In this document: in pieces, positions 37,161-51,588 of the stretch
How the letters are laid out: each line of letters opens with the position of its first letter
How positions within the stretch are numbered: position 1 is the stretch's first letter
NCBI GenBank assembly: GCA_001938485.1
Contig: MQRK01241687.1
Coordinates: 1-55,413 of the forward strand
Reading direction: 5' to 3'
DNA length: 55,413 bases
Source of the DNA: Girardia tigrina
Lineage: Eukaryota
Notes under the pieces: generated by a model
The model's database searches: none
Seen by the model: the letters and a program-made list of their open reading frames with translations, nothing else
What the model was told of the DNA's origin: nothing
Program-made: the position numbers and the translations under genes

Positions 37161-38446
37161 TTAGAGTGAACCAAAAGTCTTTTCGTATTTTCTACGTCTT
37201 TTTGTTCAATTGTTTCTTATTACCAAATAAAGATATTTTATATACATATGTTATATGTTTTTAAAGCTCTTGAACTGCTCTATCACTATATTTATTAAAA
37301 CTTCTAATTAGTCGTTAATATAATTTTATGGTCTTTTAGAAAAATCATGGAAGATTTTGAAATTTGTGTTCTTTTACGCCATTACTGGAAATATGGCTTA
37401 AACGCAACCGCAGCAACAAGGAAGATATGAGAAGTTGAAGGCGATAATGTGGTCTCAAATCGTACTGCACAAAATTGGTTCAAAAGGTTCAACGAAAGCG
37501 ACATTGACCTCGGAGACAATGCACGTTCAGGCCGACCTATCACTGTAGATTCCGGAGCACTTCGTGAAGCCGTCGAGACAAATCCGTCAATAAGTACTCG
37601 CAGATTGTCGGTCAAACTCGATATTCCTCAAACATCCATTGTACGACACCTTCATGCTCTTGGCCAGGTCAATAGACGATGTCGATAAGTACCTCATGAA
37701 TTGACACAAATTCAAGTCGAAAAGCGTTTCGATACTTGTCGGAAATTGCTTGAAAATCCGTGCGATGACCGTTTCATCCGTCGAATTGTAACTTGCAATG
37801 AAAAGCGGGTTTACTTCAGTAATCCAAACCAACAAAATCAATGGTTGGACCCCAGATAAATGGCGAAACCCGTAGCGAAACGAGATCTTTTCTCAAGGAA
37901 GGCACTTTTGTGTGTTTGGCGGAATTTCGAAGGCGTGATTCACTTCGAACTGGTTCCAAATAGTCGTACCATGGACGCTGACCTTTACTGCGCCCAACTT
38001 CATCAAATTTATGCGGCACTTGGCGAGAAATACCCCGCTTTGATCAATCGAAAGCGAGTTCTTTTACAACAGGACAATGCAAAACTGCACACCACCAAAC
38101 AAACAAAGTAAAAAATCAAAAATCTCGACGTCTTTGAACTTCTTCCACACCCGGCGTATAGTCCGGATCTTGCGCCATCCGACCATCACCTTTTCCACTC
38201 TATGTCACACTTTCTTCGTGGTCGCAGCTTCAATAATCTGGCCGAGGTCGAAAACGGGTGTCACCAGTTCTTCGCTTCTAAGAACAAGGATTGGTACCGC
38301 AGCGGGATCGCACAACTTGCCCATANNNNGGTTCAAGCTATAGATTCAAATGGCCTTTACTTTGAAACTTAAATGTTTTTTATTTGTTGTAAAATTATGT
38401 TTAAATTTTTAATAAAAAATACGAAAAGACTTTTGGTTCACCCTAA
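37161..38446 (+). mobile_element. Full-length mariner with a pseudogenised transposase (37347-38372)
   Basis: TIRs TTAG(A/G)GTGAACCAAAAGTCTTTTCGTATTTT with TA duplications. QDNAKLH and YSPDLAPSDHHLF motifs, several in-frame stops. Confidence 0.92.
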
Positions 38447-39022
38447 TATTGAAATAAAAATTAATTTTTAATCTAATAATCCTTTAGTGAAGAAGTGGTT
38501 TTAATTGTAAACACTCTTTATCTTTCTGTGGACCCCTTACGAACCACAGCTTCAGAACCACTGATTTTGAAGGCCTTCCAAATTTGAAATGTGTTTTTGA
38601 ATTGTATATAACACTCATTTTGAAAATAAATTGGGTGTAATTTAAATAATTATCTATTTCAAGATATTACCTTTCAAAATAAATTTGAGTAAATTTCCCT
38701 TTTGAGATGTATTATTATATATTTTAAAAAATTTCTAAAAATATAATGCCTAAATTATTATGTAAAAGTATTATTTTTTTCTGTTTTTTCTTTATTTTTA
38801 TTATTTTTAAAACCTTTTGATACGGAAACAAAAGAGAATAAAAGATCATTAATAATTATTTCTTATTTTACCAACTAATGCCACTTATTTTTTGTTTAAT
38901 TAGATTTATTATATTCAATATTTATTTGTTTATTTATTGTGTTATGAAAATATAAATCAACAAATAACATAAGTAACTCAAATTTATATATAAACTCGAC
39001 TTAGAAACAAGAATTTTATAAA

Positions 39023-39184
39023 ATGAAACTTATTATTCTCATTCTGTTTAATATTCTCTTCAAAGTGTCTTTGAGTTCTCAGAAAGAAGTAATTCTCGAC
39101 TCAAATACCAAACTTCAGAACATTCTTGTATTTGTGAAAGATGATGTTCCTTGGAATGATGGAGTCCTGTTTGAGAGAATAAAG
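39023..39184 (+). CDS. CLCA-like paralog B, exon 1 (signal peptide)
   Basis: Encodes MKLIILILFNILFKVSLSSQKEVILDSNTKLQNILVFVKDDVPWNDGVLFERIK, with a GT donor at 39185. Confidence 0.85.
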
Positions 39185-39235
39185 GTTTGATTATAATATT
39201 ACCACTTTTAAAATTTTATTAAATAATTGTATCAG

Positions 39236-39533
39236 ACATATCTTAATGAAGCTTCGAAAGCATTGTGGACAGCTACAAGTAATATGAAAGAAGGTAAAAG
39301 AGGAGTCCAATTCGGAACTGTATACATAGTGGTCCCCGAATCATGGAATGTAACCAAATTTGATAATGTAACTTGGCAGCAGTGTTCCAGGGCCAATATT
39401 TTTATAACGACTGACAAAGACAATGGTGGCAAAACGACCCCATTTACAAAACAAATTGGTCGATGTGGAGATCCGGGAGATCACACGAGGTTTCCTGTTT
39501 CGTTTTTTGACAAAGATGTAACTTCTTCAAAAG
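39236..39533 (+). CDS. CLCA-like paralog B, exon 2
   Basis: Follows a 51-nt intron. Encodes TYLNEASKALWTAT...VQFGTVYIVVPESW...PFTKQIGRCGDPGDH, with a phase-1 donor. Confidence 0.88.
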
Positions 39534-39778
39534 GTTAGAATTTTCTATATGAAATTTCATTACAACTGGAATTATAAATATTTATTTTAATTAAAAATTA
39601 TGTTAATAAATTGCAAGAAAATTACTTTCATCCATTACAATAAAAAATGTGTCAACATTTTTAAGTTCATCATGACTACGAAAAGTTATTTAATTTTTTT
39701 AAATTCGCCACATAATTTATTTATTAGTTCGAATTTAAAAATATTAAATATTTGTCAAAAACTTAAAATTATTAAGGA

Positions 39779-41026
39779 TTTTATAATCAAGAACGCCATT
39801 AAAATCAAATTTTTGTGTCGCAATATATTTCGGTGGATTTTCCACCATCTTTAGGCTGAATTAACGACAATTTCGCTGTCTTATATATGGCAAATTGATG
39901 ATTATGCAAACATCTTGCGTAATAACAAATTAAATATTTTTAACAAAGTGGAAGAGAGACTTGTTTGTACATTAATGAACGGATTAAGTGTTTTAATCAA
40001 TAATGCTTCACAAGTAACTCTTTCCCAATAATTTTTAAAATTACTGCACAATATTTTAAAATTAGTTGTTTTCACCTCCGATTTACAACCCTTCGTATGT
40101 CCAGCAATATTACTCCCACTACCCAATCGTCCATGCTCCTGAATCCGTTTACAGAGATGACGAGACGTCTCTCCAATGTATATAGCGTTGCACCCATTAC
40201 ACGAAAATTGATCAACCAGATTGGAACATAAACTCAAAGGAGTACGAGATTTATTGCTGAATATACTTTAAATTTTGTAAGATTTTGAAATGATTTTTAA
40301 ACTTAAATTTTTACTATCAATTGATTTTAAAATAGACGATTTAAATTTTGTGTAACCTTCTGAATAAGGAACGATTAGCGTATATCCAACATTAGAATTT
40401 TCATTAGATAATTTATCGGGTTTTAATTCTTCTTACCCTCATGTTCTTTATTCATTAATTTATCTATCGTTTCATTAGTTAACTTCTCTAAAAATGATTT
40501 CGAATAGCCATTTTTCTGCAATAGTTCTGTTAGTTTATCTATGCTTGCATCTGCTTTTCCATATGTTGATGATAGAGACCAACATCTAAATAACAAACCT
40601 TTTATCATACCTCTATTATACTTGGTTTCACAGAAGCTTTTAGTAGTAGTATATAACCCTGTATCTGTTTTCTTTCTATAAATCTCTGTCTCGTAACGAC
40701 TCCCTTTTCTCTCAATTAACAAATCTAAAAATGGTAAAACATTCTTCTCAAGCTCAACCGTAAAAACAATATTAGAATGAAGGGAATTCATATAAGATAA
40801 AAACGGCAACATATTTTCACGCTCTTTGAAGACAAGAAAAATATCATCAACATATCGTTTAAAAGCTAAAGGTCTAGCACCCGTGAACAAGTGAATTTTA
40901 TTTTCAATATTAGACAGAAAAATGGATGCAAGTGTTGGTGCCAAAGGGGAACACTTGGCAACACCATCTACCTGTTTATACCTATTATCAATTATCATGA
41001 TTTTAATGGCGTTCTTGATTATAAAA
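39779..41026 (-). mobile_element. Penelope-like element (RT C-half plus GIY-YIG) in intron 2 of paralog B
   Basis: YKQVDGVAKCSPLAPTLA, FKRYVDD, LPFLDLLI and CNGCNAIYIGETSRHLCKRIQEH. Bounded by a 29-bp inverted repeat; decayed hammerhead at ~39819-39857. Confidence 0.9.
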
Positions 41027-41687
41027 TTTTGCCATTATTTTTTAGATTTCTCATTAAGGATTTAATATTGTTTCAAAAATTGATTAAATTTATAAAGGAC
41101 TTTTTAAAATTAAAAAAACTGTTTAAGTTTTAATGTTACGACAAGTAAAAAGTTTGAATAAATTAAAATGTCAATAAAAGTTATAGAATATGATAAATTA
41201 AAATCAGGATATAATTTATCATAATTTAAACGAAATTAATTAAGAAGTTGGCGAAATTAAAAATTCAATAAACGACAATTAATTTGAAAATGCGTGTTTG
41301 TCGTAGTAATAAATTTTTATGTTAAATATGAATTCGGATTGTGAAATGTTAAATAGCGACAATATTTTGCCCATATAGAAGAACTGTATTTGATGTAGGA
41401 TAATATATATCTTTTCTTACACTAGTGATTGCAGTTTCCGATGCTTTGAGGCTCAATAATACTTCATCGTTTTCTGAAGTCCATGAACCGAGACAACTCA
41501 TAACTATAGTTTCGAGATTAACAGTTAACCTGATTGTATCTTTTAAAATAAGTGTTTCATTTTCTTGAATTTAGAAAGACCATTTTAATCATAAGAGTGT
41601 ATCTAAAAGAAAAAAAAATTTAAGATAATTTATTTGATTTTTAAATAATTATAAATATTTAAAAAATGACGATAGTGAATTTTTAAA

Positions 41688-42157
41688 AGTCAAAAAATTT
41701 TCGTCAGAATATATTGTGATTAATTTCGGCGGATCAACCGTCATCATCAGACTGATGATTTACATTTATAAATGTAATGGGTGTGACGCCATATACATCG
41801 GAGAGACTTGTCGTCATCTCTGTAAACGGATTCAGGAACATAATCGCAGGGAAAGTGATAGCAATATTGCTCAACATAAGAAGAACTGTTTGAATAGTAA
41901 AGTTGATGTAAGTAATTTTAAGATTTTGTGTTCACAATTTGATAATTACTTGGAGAGGGTGATGTGTGAAGCATTGTTGATTAAAATCAATGTCCAAACA
42001 CCATCCTCTTCAACTTTATTGAAAGTATTTTCATGATTTAAATGACATAATGATTACATAAACATTGCTTTGATATATAAACGCGAGTATATCATTGTTA
42101 ATTCAGTTGATCCGTCGAAATTAATCACAATATATTCTGACGAAATTTTTTTGACTT
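41688..42157 (+). mobile_element. Penelope-like GIY-YIG fragment with an ~50-bp inverted terminal segment
   Basis: ORF 41716..42036 encodes YKCNGCDAIYIGETCRHL. Segments 41689-41738 and 42105-42155 are inverted copies. Confidence 0.85.
41716..41752 (-). ncRNA. Minimal type I hammerhead ribozyme
   Basis: GT-CTGATGA-T-GACGG-TTGAT-CCGCC-GAAA-T-TA-ATC-AC, with a palindromic stem III/loop (ATTAAT). Confidence 0.6.
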
Positions 42158-42269
42158 CTTAAATAATTGTTTTATAAATTTTTGAATTTGAAAGTCCTAT
42201 TTATTTCAATAATCAAAAGTCAAATAAATATTATTTATTTTATGATTTTATTGGATTACTGTGTTCCAG

Positions 42270-42378
42270 GAAGAGAAATGATGAAGGAATTCATGAAGCT
42301 GAGATACGGCGTTTACGGGGAGGAACCTTACAATAATAAGACAAGGATATATGACGAAATAAAACCGTTTTGGTCCAG
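42270..42378 (+). CDS. CLCA-like paralog B, exon 3
   Basis: CAG acceptor and GT donor. Encodes GREMMKEFMKLRYGVYGEEPYNNKTRIYDEIKPFWS. Confidence 0.85.
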
Positions 42379-42481
42379 GTTAATTATAATTTATAAGAAA
42401 TTTATTTAAGCCTTTTTTAAAGATATTTTCTTAAAAAACATTAATTTCAAAATTTTTTTAATAACTTTTTAATACATCTAT

Positions 42482-42952
42482 TGGCATTTTCACTTTATCT
42501 CCACCCCTAAAATTTTTGATAACTAATTTTTATATTTATTAAATATTAACAAAATATTGATTAATAAATATATTTAATTTTAAATATTTAATTTAAATTT
42601 TATTGGATAACTTAAAATTAATTAATTAAGACATTTCAAGACAGCAACGATAAACAGCACTAATCAAAGATTGGCATGAGCAAAGGAGCACAGATAAATG
42701 TCGTGGGAGAGTTAGAATTTATATGCAGGGTAGGACAGACTAAAAAAAATATAAAATTTGTAGGTAGTTTTTGGAATCCTATTTGGTGGAATTCATGTAG
42801 TATTCAAATTCGCAGTATTCTGGCCTCCGGAATCACAAATGTAACGCTTTTTGAGTATTTGAGTCATTTGAATAAATTGTTTGATCAATTTTGAAATTTT
42901 ATTTATTTTTTTTATCAAAAATTTTAGGGGTCAAGATAAAGTGAAAGTACCC
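42482..42952. mobile_element. MITE with ~40-bp TIRs in intron 3 of paralog B
   Basis: TTTCACTTTATCT..ACCCCTAAAATTTTTGATAA and its inverted copy at 42912-42952. Confidence 0.75.
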
Positions 42953-43522
42953 ATCTTTTTTAATATATAATAAATTTTCTTTAATGATAATCTTTTTGAA
43001 ATATTTTTTTAAATAACCAAATTTGTATTTATTTTTTTTAAATTACATAGAGATATTTATTGTCATCAAGAATTCTGGTTTTGTTTATTAAAATCAATTG
43101 TCGAAATCAAGGAATATCGCAAAGTGTCATTGTGAAAAAGCTGGAATGAATAGAGGTTATTACTGACAAACTTGATATAGTTATCTTCTGTAAATATTTT
43201 GAAATTTTTCATCACAACAATATTATTCAATTCGAATATTGAAGGGGGCTTCCTTTCAAATTGAATAAAAATCATCTCGGGGTCACAATTTGATCTTTGT
43301 TGTTTTCATTTCCTCCTCATAGCGGATCGAACAGAACTTAAATCAGAGTTTATCCTCTTCATGTTTCATGCAATGAAAGACGTCTTACATTGGTATTGGT
43401 TTCTTCTTTTAAAAGAGATGACTGTTAAATTTTAAAGAAAAAGGATTTTAAGTTTCCTATTTTTTTTATTATGATTACAATTACTTAAATAAGTAATTTC
43501 AAATATTTCTTACTAGAATCAG

Positions 43523-43658
43523 TTGCGGAGAAAACGTTGTATTGAATTTGGTCGGAAACCCAACGGAATGTCTACGGGAGAATAATGACTGTGCGTACAA
43601 TATTGTCCCAAACCAGTCTCATAATTATTCCGTCATGTTCGATCATCATTCGGACAAG
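43523..43658 (+). CDS. CLCA-like paralog B, exon 4
   Basis: Encodes CGENVVLNLVGNPTECLRENNDCAYNIVPNQSHNYSVMFDHHSDK, then a GT donor. A second in-frame AG lies 6 nt upstream. Confidence 0.82.
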
Positions 43659-46589
43659 GTATTATTTTATATTTACTAAATAAATATAATTATGAAATTG
43701 AAATAAATTTACCAAATATAACAAACGTATAAATATTTTTGTCTCTCAGATTTATGATTAATAATAATTTTGATTAAATACTGCCGAAAGTAAAATTTTA
43801 AATGGAAATATCGGAATTGCACTTTGAAGAGATATTCCGGCTCTTATCTTGCTCCTTCGATTCAGAGGTTTAGTCAATATGATCTGAAAAAGATAAAATT
43901 AGTAGAGTTACATTTAACATTGTATTTCTTGAGACAAAAGAATTAGTCTAACATAGAATAGAAATGTTTTAGATATCTAAAATAGATTTGTTTCATGTAA
44001 AAAATTAAGAAGAGTGTGAAGGTCGGACTCAATTTCAAAATTTTTGAAACAATTATTTTTTATAAAGAACTTCTAAAATAATTAAATATTTAAAATCAAA
44101 AGTTTTTAAAGCAATTTCAAGTAATATATATATATATATCTTAATTAATTTAAAAAAGTTATTTTCGAAAATAATCAAATTTTAATTGTAGATTAAAAAA
44201 ACTTAAAATGAATTTAATTCGGAAATGATGGATTTTTAAATAATTGATTTAAAAGAAATATATAAAGACCAGGTTAATTATGTTGTACTAATTTTAAAAG
44301 TTATTCTAAAAATAAATATTAAGATTTTTATCATTAATGTATCGTAAATATAATAAAAATTTGAATATTGTAAATTATTTTGTTGTATTTAAATTGTATC
44401 TAAAATTTGTATGATATTTAAAATAATTGTAGGTAAAAAATGCTTTTAAACTGAAATATTGATAATAAAAAAACATTAAAATCTTTATTAATGTTTCACA
44501 AAAAAAAGAAATAACATTAAACTAATTCTAAAATAATAAAAAATCATTATGGTTAATTATGTTGGTTTTAATTTATAAATAATGGAATGTAAATTTTCAG
44601 AATAAATAGAATAAAAAATTTTCAATTTTAAATAACTTATCCGTTTATTTATATTTATAATTTCATATTTTTATATAAAAAATCTGGTCAAAAAGAAAAC
44701 GAAAAAGTTCCTCGACAAACAATTTTTTATTAAAAAAATTGTTAAATAAAAATTGTTTGAATAATTGTTAATTGTGTTATTAATAAATTTTTGGTGTTAA
44801 TGAATTATAATATTGATCAAGAACCCAACAAAGAGTAAAAGGTTTTGTACCTTCATCATGTCCAGAATGTGCGAATGGTCTTATTATTGATACTTACTTT
44901 TACTTGTTTGTCGAAACAGTGAATCTATCTTTCGATTTCTTTAGTGAAAGTGATTTTCTAAGATTATTTTATTGTAGTTGTTGTGAGGATCTTCGAAAGC
45001 TTTTTTAATTAAAGCTACAAAAGAAAGACAATTTAAATTAATTTATTCAAAGTATATTTTAAAAGTATATTTTTGGAATATATTTTAAAGTATAAGTAAA
45101 TATTAAAAAAACAGAAATGTTTAGATTTTTAAATTAATAAAAGTAATGAATTAAATAGATTTCAAAATGAATTAAATTTAAAGTACTTGGTAAATTAAAT
45201 AGTTTTGAAAACAAATTAAATAAAACATCTTAAGAATAGTTAAACATAATTTAATAAAATTTTAGAAAGTAAATACAAGACGAAGAAAAATAAATATCAT
45301 AATAAATATTTAAATTGACGAAATTTAATAAATTATTCATATAAAAGAAAATACAATATTAAAAAAATACATGGTATAACTCCCATCTTCCAACCTTCAG
45401 GATTTTACCCATGACTTGTAATCTCCTGAGAACAGTGAAATAAATCACTCTTGTGGTCTGTGCGTTATCCTCATTATCTATTTGAAAATAGTTTATTGTT
45501 ATAATTAAAATAGTTTTTAAATTCAAAATTTTTATAAATTTAAAGATAATATAAAAATTTCGAAAATAATAAATCTGCATATTTATATTTACAATTATTT
45601 TAATTTTATTGGTTTGTGCAAAAAAAATCAAAAAATCGTTCTTCAGCAATTTAATTTGGAAATCTTGTTTGAATAATGTTTATATTGTTGATATTTTATA
45701 AAAATTTCGAAAATGTCTGAACCGTCGCCTGAAAATAATATCAAGCCTTACAATTATAATGATTTAAAATGTTTTTATAAAGATAATTATTTTCACAGAA
45801 TTGAACAAATAAAAATATTTTTATAATATAATTTTTTTAAATATAAAGTTTTTTTCTTCACAGTAGTTCTACTTCCATTAAATCATTAAACAAATCCATA
45901 AATATTCGAATATATAATATAAATTTATGGCAACCAAAATGAGGAATAAATTATCTCTAGTAGAAATCTTCAAAGAAATAAAATAACGTTAGAAAAATAA
46001 TATAACAAGGAAGTTGGATACAGATATTGACGAATTAAAGTTCGTATTTACGATTTATCAGAATGTTCTTGCTTTCGAAGTTGCCTCGGAAAACCGGAAT
46101 AATTTATATTAAAGTAATGGATTGAAGTTAGAAACGTTATGCAAATGTAACAAATCTTGGCCTTTTAAAAGCAAATTTATTGAAAAACTTTAGACAAAGT
46201 ACAAAATCTTAATCCTAGAATCTATCAGAATCCGTCAGCATCCATCAATTCATCTCATCATCTGAGTTTTTAAAGCGATGTCCAGCATAAAGTGTGATAA
46301 AGATATCTGAAAAAAGGAAACTCTGAAGAAGCCACATCTATAAATTTTATAGGATGCGGAAGTATCTCCATCCAAGACCTAAAATTGTGTTTTTTGTCAA
46401 TGCAGCAACGTTAGATAAAGTATTTTCAAGGAAAAGCATAATTTTTCTGACACTATGACCAATCTGAAGCAGCAACTCTTTAATTTTATCCCTTACTTTG
46501 AGAAATGTTTCGCTTTAGTATCGCGCTGTAGCTAGTTTTCCGATAGTGAGCTACTTATAGTAAATTACTCTATTTGCCTCCGATTATAT

Positions 46590-47090
46590 TCACAACAGCA
46601 TCTTTTTCACATGAATATTCTGTTTGCGCTCTGTATTCTCGTAATTCACACTTTTCTCGATACCAGTAACAATAAGCCAAAGAAACGATAAGGCGAGATG
46701 TATAAACTCAATCATTGAACAATATTTGCTTGAGATAAGTGGTATGACTCCCATCTTCCAACCATCAAGATTTTACCCATGACTTGTAATCTCCTGAGAA
46801 CAGTGAATTAAATCACTCGTGTGGTCTGTGCATTATCCTCATTCAATAATGATTGCAATTTGGTGTCTTCTATTTATTTGGTCTGTATTTTTTTATCCTG
46901 CAGACTTAAATTCACCATCTCTAAACTTTTGGAATCAAAATTTAATCATCAAATAGCCCATTGTACCATCTCCATATGCTTGAAATATCGAAGCATTTGT
47001 TACTGTAGCGGTTTTACAAGTTTCAATATTAAAAGCATTCAGTGTTTGAAATGTAACTTTCGTCTATTATTAACTGTAAAAAGGGTTTTA
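46590..47090 (-). pseudogene. Decayed mariner transposase fragment (partial duplicate at 45372-45485)
   Basis: EDNAQTTRVI..TVLRRLQVMGKILKVGRW resembles the mariner HTH-to-WVPHEL linker. Confidence 0.6.
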
Positions 47091-47385
47091 TTAAAAAAAT
47101 AGATCTTAATATAAAGTATATATGAATATATATATGTATATATATATATATGTGGATTTTGAGTTGTTGTGGACAGAAACGACGTAACACAACATTATCT
47201 GTTTTATATCTTCATAGAAAAATTAAGTCGTATATAGGGAAATTTCATACTACAATTTATAGTTAAACTTGCTTCAAAGAAATACCTTTGTTTAGTACTT
47301 ATTTATACTTATTAAATGAACAAAAGAATTGACTTTCATTTTCTAAATGATTTTTATATTTCGAATTTGAAATAAATTTATTTAG

Positions 47386-47503
47386 AGCATCTATTTCTGT
47401 GACGACGATTTCCGACCTCACAATCGAGAGGCAGATTCCATCCAAAATAGAAAGTGCGACAAAAGAAGCATCACAAATGTTACACTTTCTCATTCGGACT
47501 TCA
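47386..47503 (+). CDS. CLCA-like paralog B, exon 5
   Basis: Encodes SIYFCDDDFRPHNREADSIQNRKCDKRSITNVTLSHSDF, matching CLCA FCxxxxHNxEAPNxQNxxCxxRS. TAG acceptor and GTAAGT donor. Confidence 0.85.
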
Positions 47504-47701
47504 GTAAGTTTAGATTTAGAGTTTTGACTTCTTTGAAAAAACTACCTAAAGATTATTAATACCGGATAAATGAACTCTTTCTAAGGTAAAATATAAAATT
47601 AAATAAATATATATTAAGTGTTATGAAAATTGTGAAAGATGTTAATTGATTTTAAAGAAACTTTTCCACTTATTCTTAAAATTAAAATGGTGTTATTTGA
47701 G

Positions 47702-47749
<48 letters not shown>

Positions 47750-49594
47750 ATAAATATTGCTAAGAGCAATAAAGATTAAAAATAATTTTAAAGTAAATAT
47801 CTGCCACAAGAAAAAGCATTATTGTCAGAACTATTACGTCTTCGTGACTTATATTACAGAATGAAGCACTATCTTCTGATTATAAAAAAACGACACGAGA
47901 AAATAAAATATTTACTCGATATTTATCACACATTACAATCATCAATTCATAATATCCTAATCTTCAGAGAAAAAATAAAAGAAGGAAAAGTACGGAACTT
48001 TTTTTTCCTTGACTAAAATATACAACTCTGGTTGTTATCTGGATGACTGATGTAAGCTACACCAGTACTGTGCTTTGCGTCGTTTCGTTTTGCATTTTAA
48101 TGAAGTTGCGTCTTAAGATAGTAGAAAAATCCATAATAAAAAATGGATTTTAGGATTTGGAGCACTAAAAAAAATTTACACCTCCTAATTAAGCAGCGAC
48201 GCCACTTCTAAAAACGCAAATAGTTAAACAGCGCAAAGCGAGGTATTGTCGTATTTATTTTGTCGCTCGTATCTGCGATCTATTTCGTGTGGCCCATTCA
48301 ACTAATCGTTGCTGTGTTCAGTGATTTAATTCTGTTGATCATTCATTATTTTTGTCTAACTAAAGTATTATCATTTTATTTATTCGTTTATACTTTATAA
48401 GGAGGTTTACCTATATCCTAGAGTTGAGTTAGCTTTTTTATGCAATGCTATTACGCAAAGACCAGAAATAAATTATATAAATGGTTATTCATCGTAGACT
48501 TATAATATTTTGGCCATAGTCAAGAAATCCACAAATTATATTCTTTTTCTAAACAAACTCCAAATGAAAAGAATAAGAATCTTAATTTTTACTGTTAAAA
48601 TAACAAATTTATAATATTTTCCTTTTATCCTGAAAATATATTTTTATTTCACAAATTTCACAAATTTCAAAGATAAGTAATATACATTTATCATTTTCAA
48701 ATCATTTTTGTTGTGAATATAACTTATATTAGACCTTCCATTGGGACCCTTAAAATTTTATACAAATTTAGTTATTTCATGACAACAACACAAAACTGCT
48801 TGTCCGTACTTTATTTATATGATTACTTAGCACAGTGGTATCTACTCTGTATGGTGTATCCCCTAGAATGGCGCGAGAATATTGCAAGGAAAGTGCACAA
48901 TTGTTAGGAATATACTTTCTTCGTATAGAAACAAAGAAAAAATTGAATCGGTTTTGAAAAATATTTATCATCATATTTTTAAATGTTTATTTAAAAAAAG
49001 TATAAAAATATTGGGAAACGCTTTTTTTAAATCTTTTTATCACTCTTTGTAAAAAATAGAGATTAGGAAGTGTTGTCAAATCTCTATTTTTACTATAAAA
49101 TAAAAGTTGCCAACAAAGCTAAACTAGCCCAACTCAATATATCAAGGAATTGCGTTAGGCTAATTTAGTGTTCGAGAAAATAAAACAATTATGTCAAGAG
49201 AAAAGTAACGATCAACAAAAAATTATTTTAATTCAACACTAAAAAATTCACATACGAGAGAGAGAGAACGGAAGGGACAAATCTCGATTTTGAATGGTGT
49301 TTATTGTTCAAAGGTTTCAAAAGAACGATCTTCTGTTGTGACAATATCGATAGAAACGTCAAAGAATCATTCGGTTGCACAACGAGATTTTGAGGAAATA
49401 TGGAGAGATGCACTTTCAGGGGGGAATATTGATAAATTGGTTTGCAGAAAATTCCTTTACGAACCGAATTTACAGGAAAATGCTTTGTAGGNNNNNNNNN
49501 NNNNNNNNNNNNNNNNNNNNNNNNNNNNNNNNNNNNNNNNNNNNNNNNNNNNNNNNNNNNNNNNNNNNNNNNNNNNNNNNNNNNNNNNNNNNNN

Positions 49595-49639
<45 letters not shown>

Positions 49640-51588
49640 TATATGTACTTTTGAAACTTTTTTCCTTCTTACGACTTTTTAAAATTGGATATCTTCTATT
49701 TCTATCTTTATAATTTGGATAACTGAATAATCACAATATGACTTCTATAGAGTTGATTCAACATAATATTGTAATTCGTAGGAAAAATAACATGATTGAT
49801 TTGGTTTAGGATTTTATAAATAGGCGTATACAAATAATCTCTGTTCAATAATTCCTCGAAAGTTGGGTAATTTGAATATAAATCGCAAATAAAAGAATAA
49901 CAAAAAATCACACGTGAAATGAGCAATCATTCTGTGTACCATCAACAATAAAAAAATCACAAATCAAACACGAACGAGTTACCAAAAACACTAGAAAACA
50001 AACACAAAAATCAAAGAACATGCAAATAAAATAATCACGCAGTGTCAGTAAGTAGGGCACTACACTCTTATATTAACTCACCAGGTCTATTTATGTATTT
50101 GTGTATTTGTTTGCTACAAAGTTTTCTACTTCCCGTGGTTTGATTGAGCTGACACTTTTCACATATGTGATATCCCGATGATAAACATTAATCAATTAAT
50201 ATATTTCTATACAAATGATAAATTAATCACTTTGCAAAAAAAACAATTTAAGATTGCCCCTTTAATTATTCTTTCTTTATAAATTACATTGTGTTAAGTT
50301 CGGGAATGTGACTCGATTGTATCCTGATCCAACCAGGGCAGACAAGTTCAGTAAAGAAGCGGAGGAAAGGCCATTCAGCATCCCGTAAAAAGTACCTTGA
50401 TTCAATGGGGTATGAGCAATATTGTTGGGGCCGCAATCACACCCGCGAGCATCTCGTTCTGATAAACTAGACATGTCTGAATTCCCGTGAGACGATCTCA
50501 AGTTCGAATCTTCCTTTAAAGGACTGGTCAAATGATTATTGTCAATGTCATTTCCATCGCAATGTCGCAAAATTCTCACATGAAAATATTTCAACGCGCA
50601 CATTCAGAAAACCAAATCCAAATGGACGCCAATTTATTGAGATAATTTAAACAGCAAAATTAATCTTTTGTCCGACATTTTTTTTACGTTTAAAAGTTAA
50701 TTTTTTTCTCTTGTTATCGGTTCATTTTTTAATTAAAAGAATTTTGTTGATGTTAAAGAAATATTCTTTTATATTCACTTTGAGAAATTGTGAAATTTAA
50801 AATGCGAATTTTCGATGAGTATTAAAATTTGTTAAGAGAAAAGAACTTTTCGATTTCCAGCAAGACAGACTGGATGCCTGTTACTTGGGGGTCACCACAC
50901 ATGGAAACAAATAATTTTTTTTCTATTTTTCATAACTTTTTGATTCTTTTGTATTTTTAGTAATAAATGCATTTTAAGATTCCTTGTTAATTATAGTTTA
51001 TTCGACTAGATCTTTGTCAAAAGTAATTTACAAAAAGTATTGATGTTATAGACACATGGTTCTTAACTTTTTTACTGTTTTTTTCTCTTGTTAAAAAAAT
51101 TTTCTGCTTGTTTAAGACGCTAAAATAACTTTTTAAAACTGAGATTTTCGAATCAATAATTGATTCTGACCTATTCGTTTGAAAAAGTTTGAGTTGTACT
51201 GTATAGTTCTCAATCTCGCTGTGATCTGAAAGTAAGAAAGCACTGAAACCCTCACAAAAAGGTTCATTTTAACTGATCAGTCAATTTTATACGTTAAACG
51301 ACTCAATCAGACAACTTGTTTGAGTTGTGGACCAAAAGTCTCTACAATTTGTTTACAATTGCGATTGATTCAAAGTCGCATTCCGAAAATCTTCCAGTTC
51401 TACCGATTTCAAAATTGCATATGCAATTTGACTCTTATCTACAACATAATCTTAAGGGTTCATTGGGTTTCCTCCCAGAATCAATGGCAATATTAACGGG
51501 GTTTTTAACAAAATATATTTTATATTTGACTTGTTTATTCTTCCAAGGCTTCGACAAGTTGAGTCAATGTTGATTATATTTAATTCAG

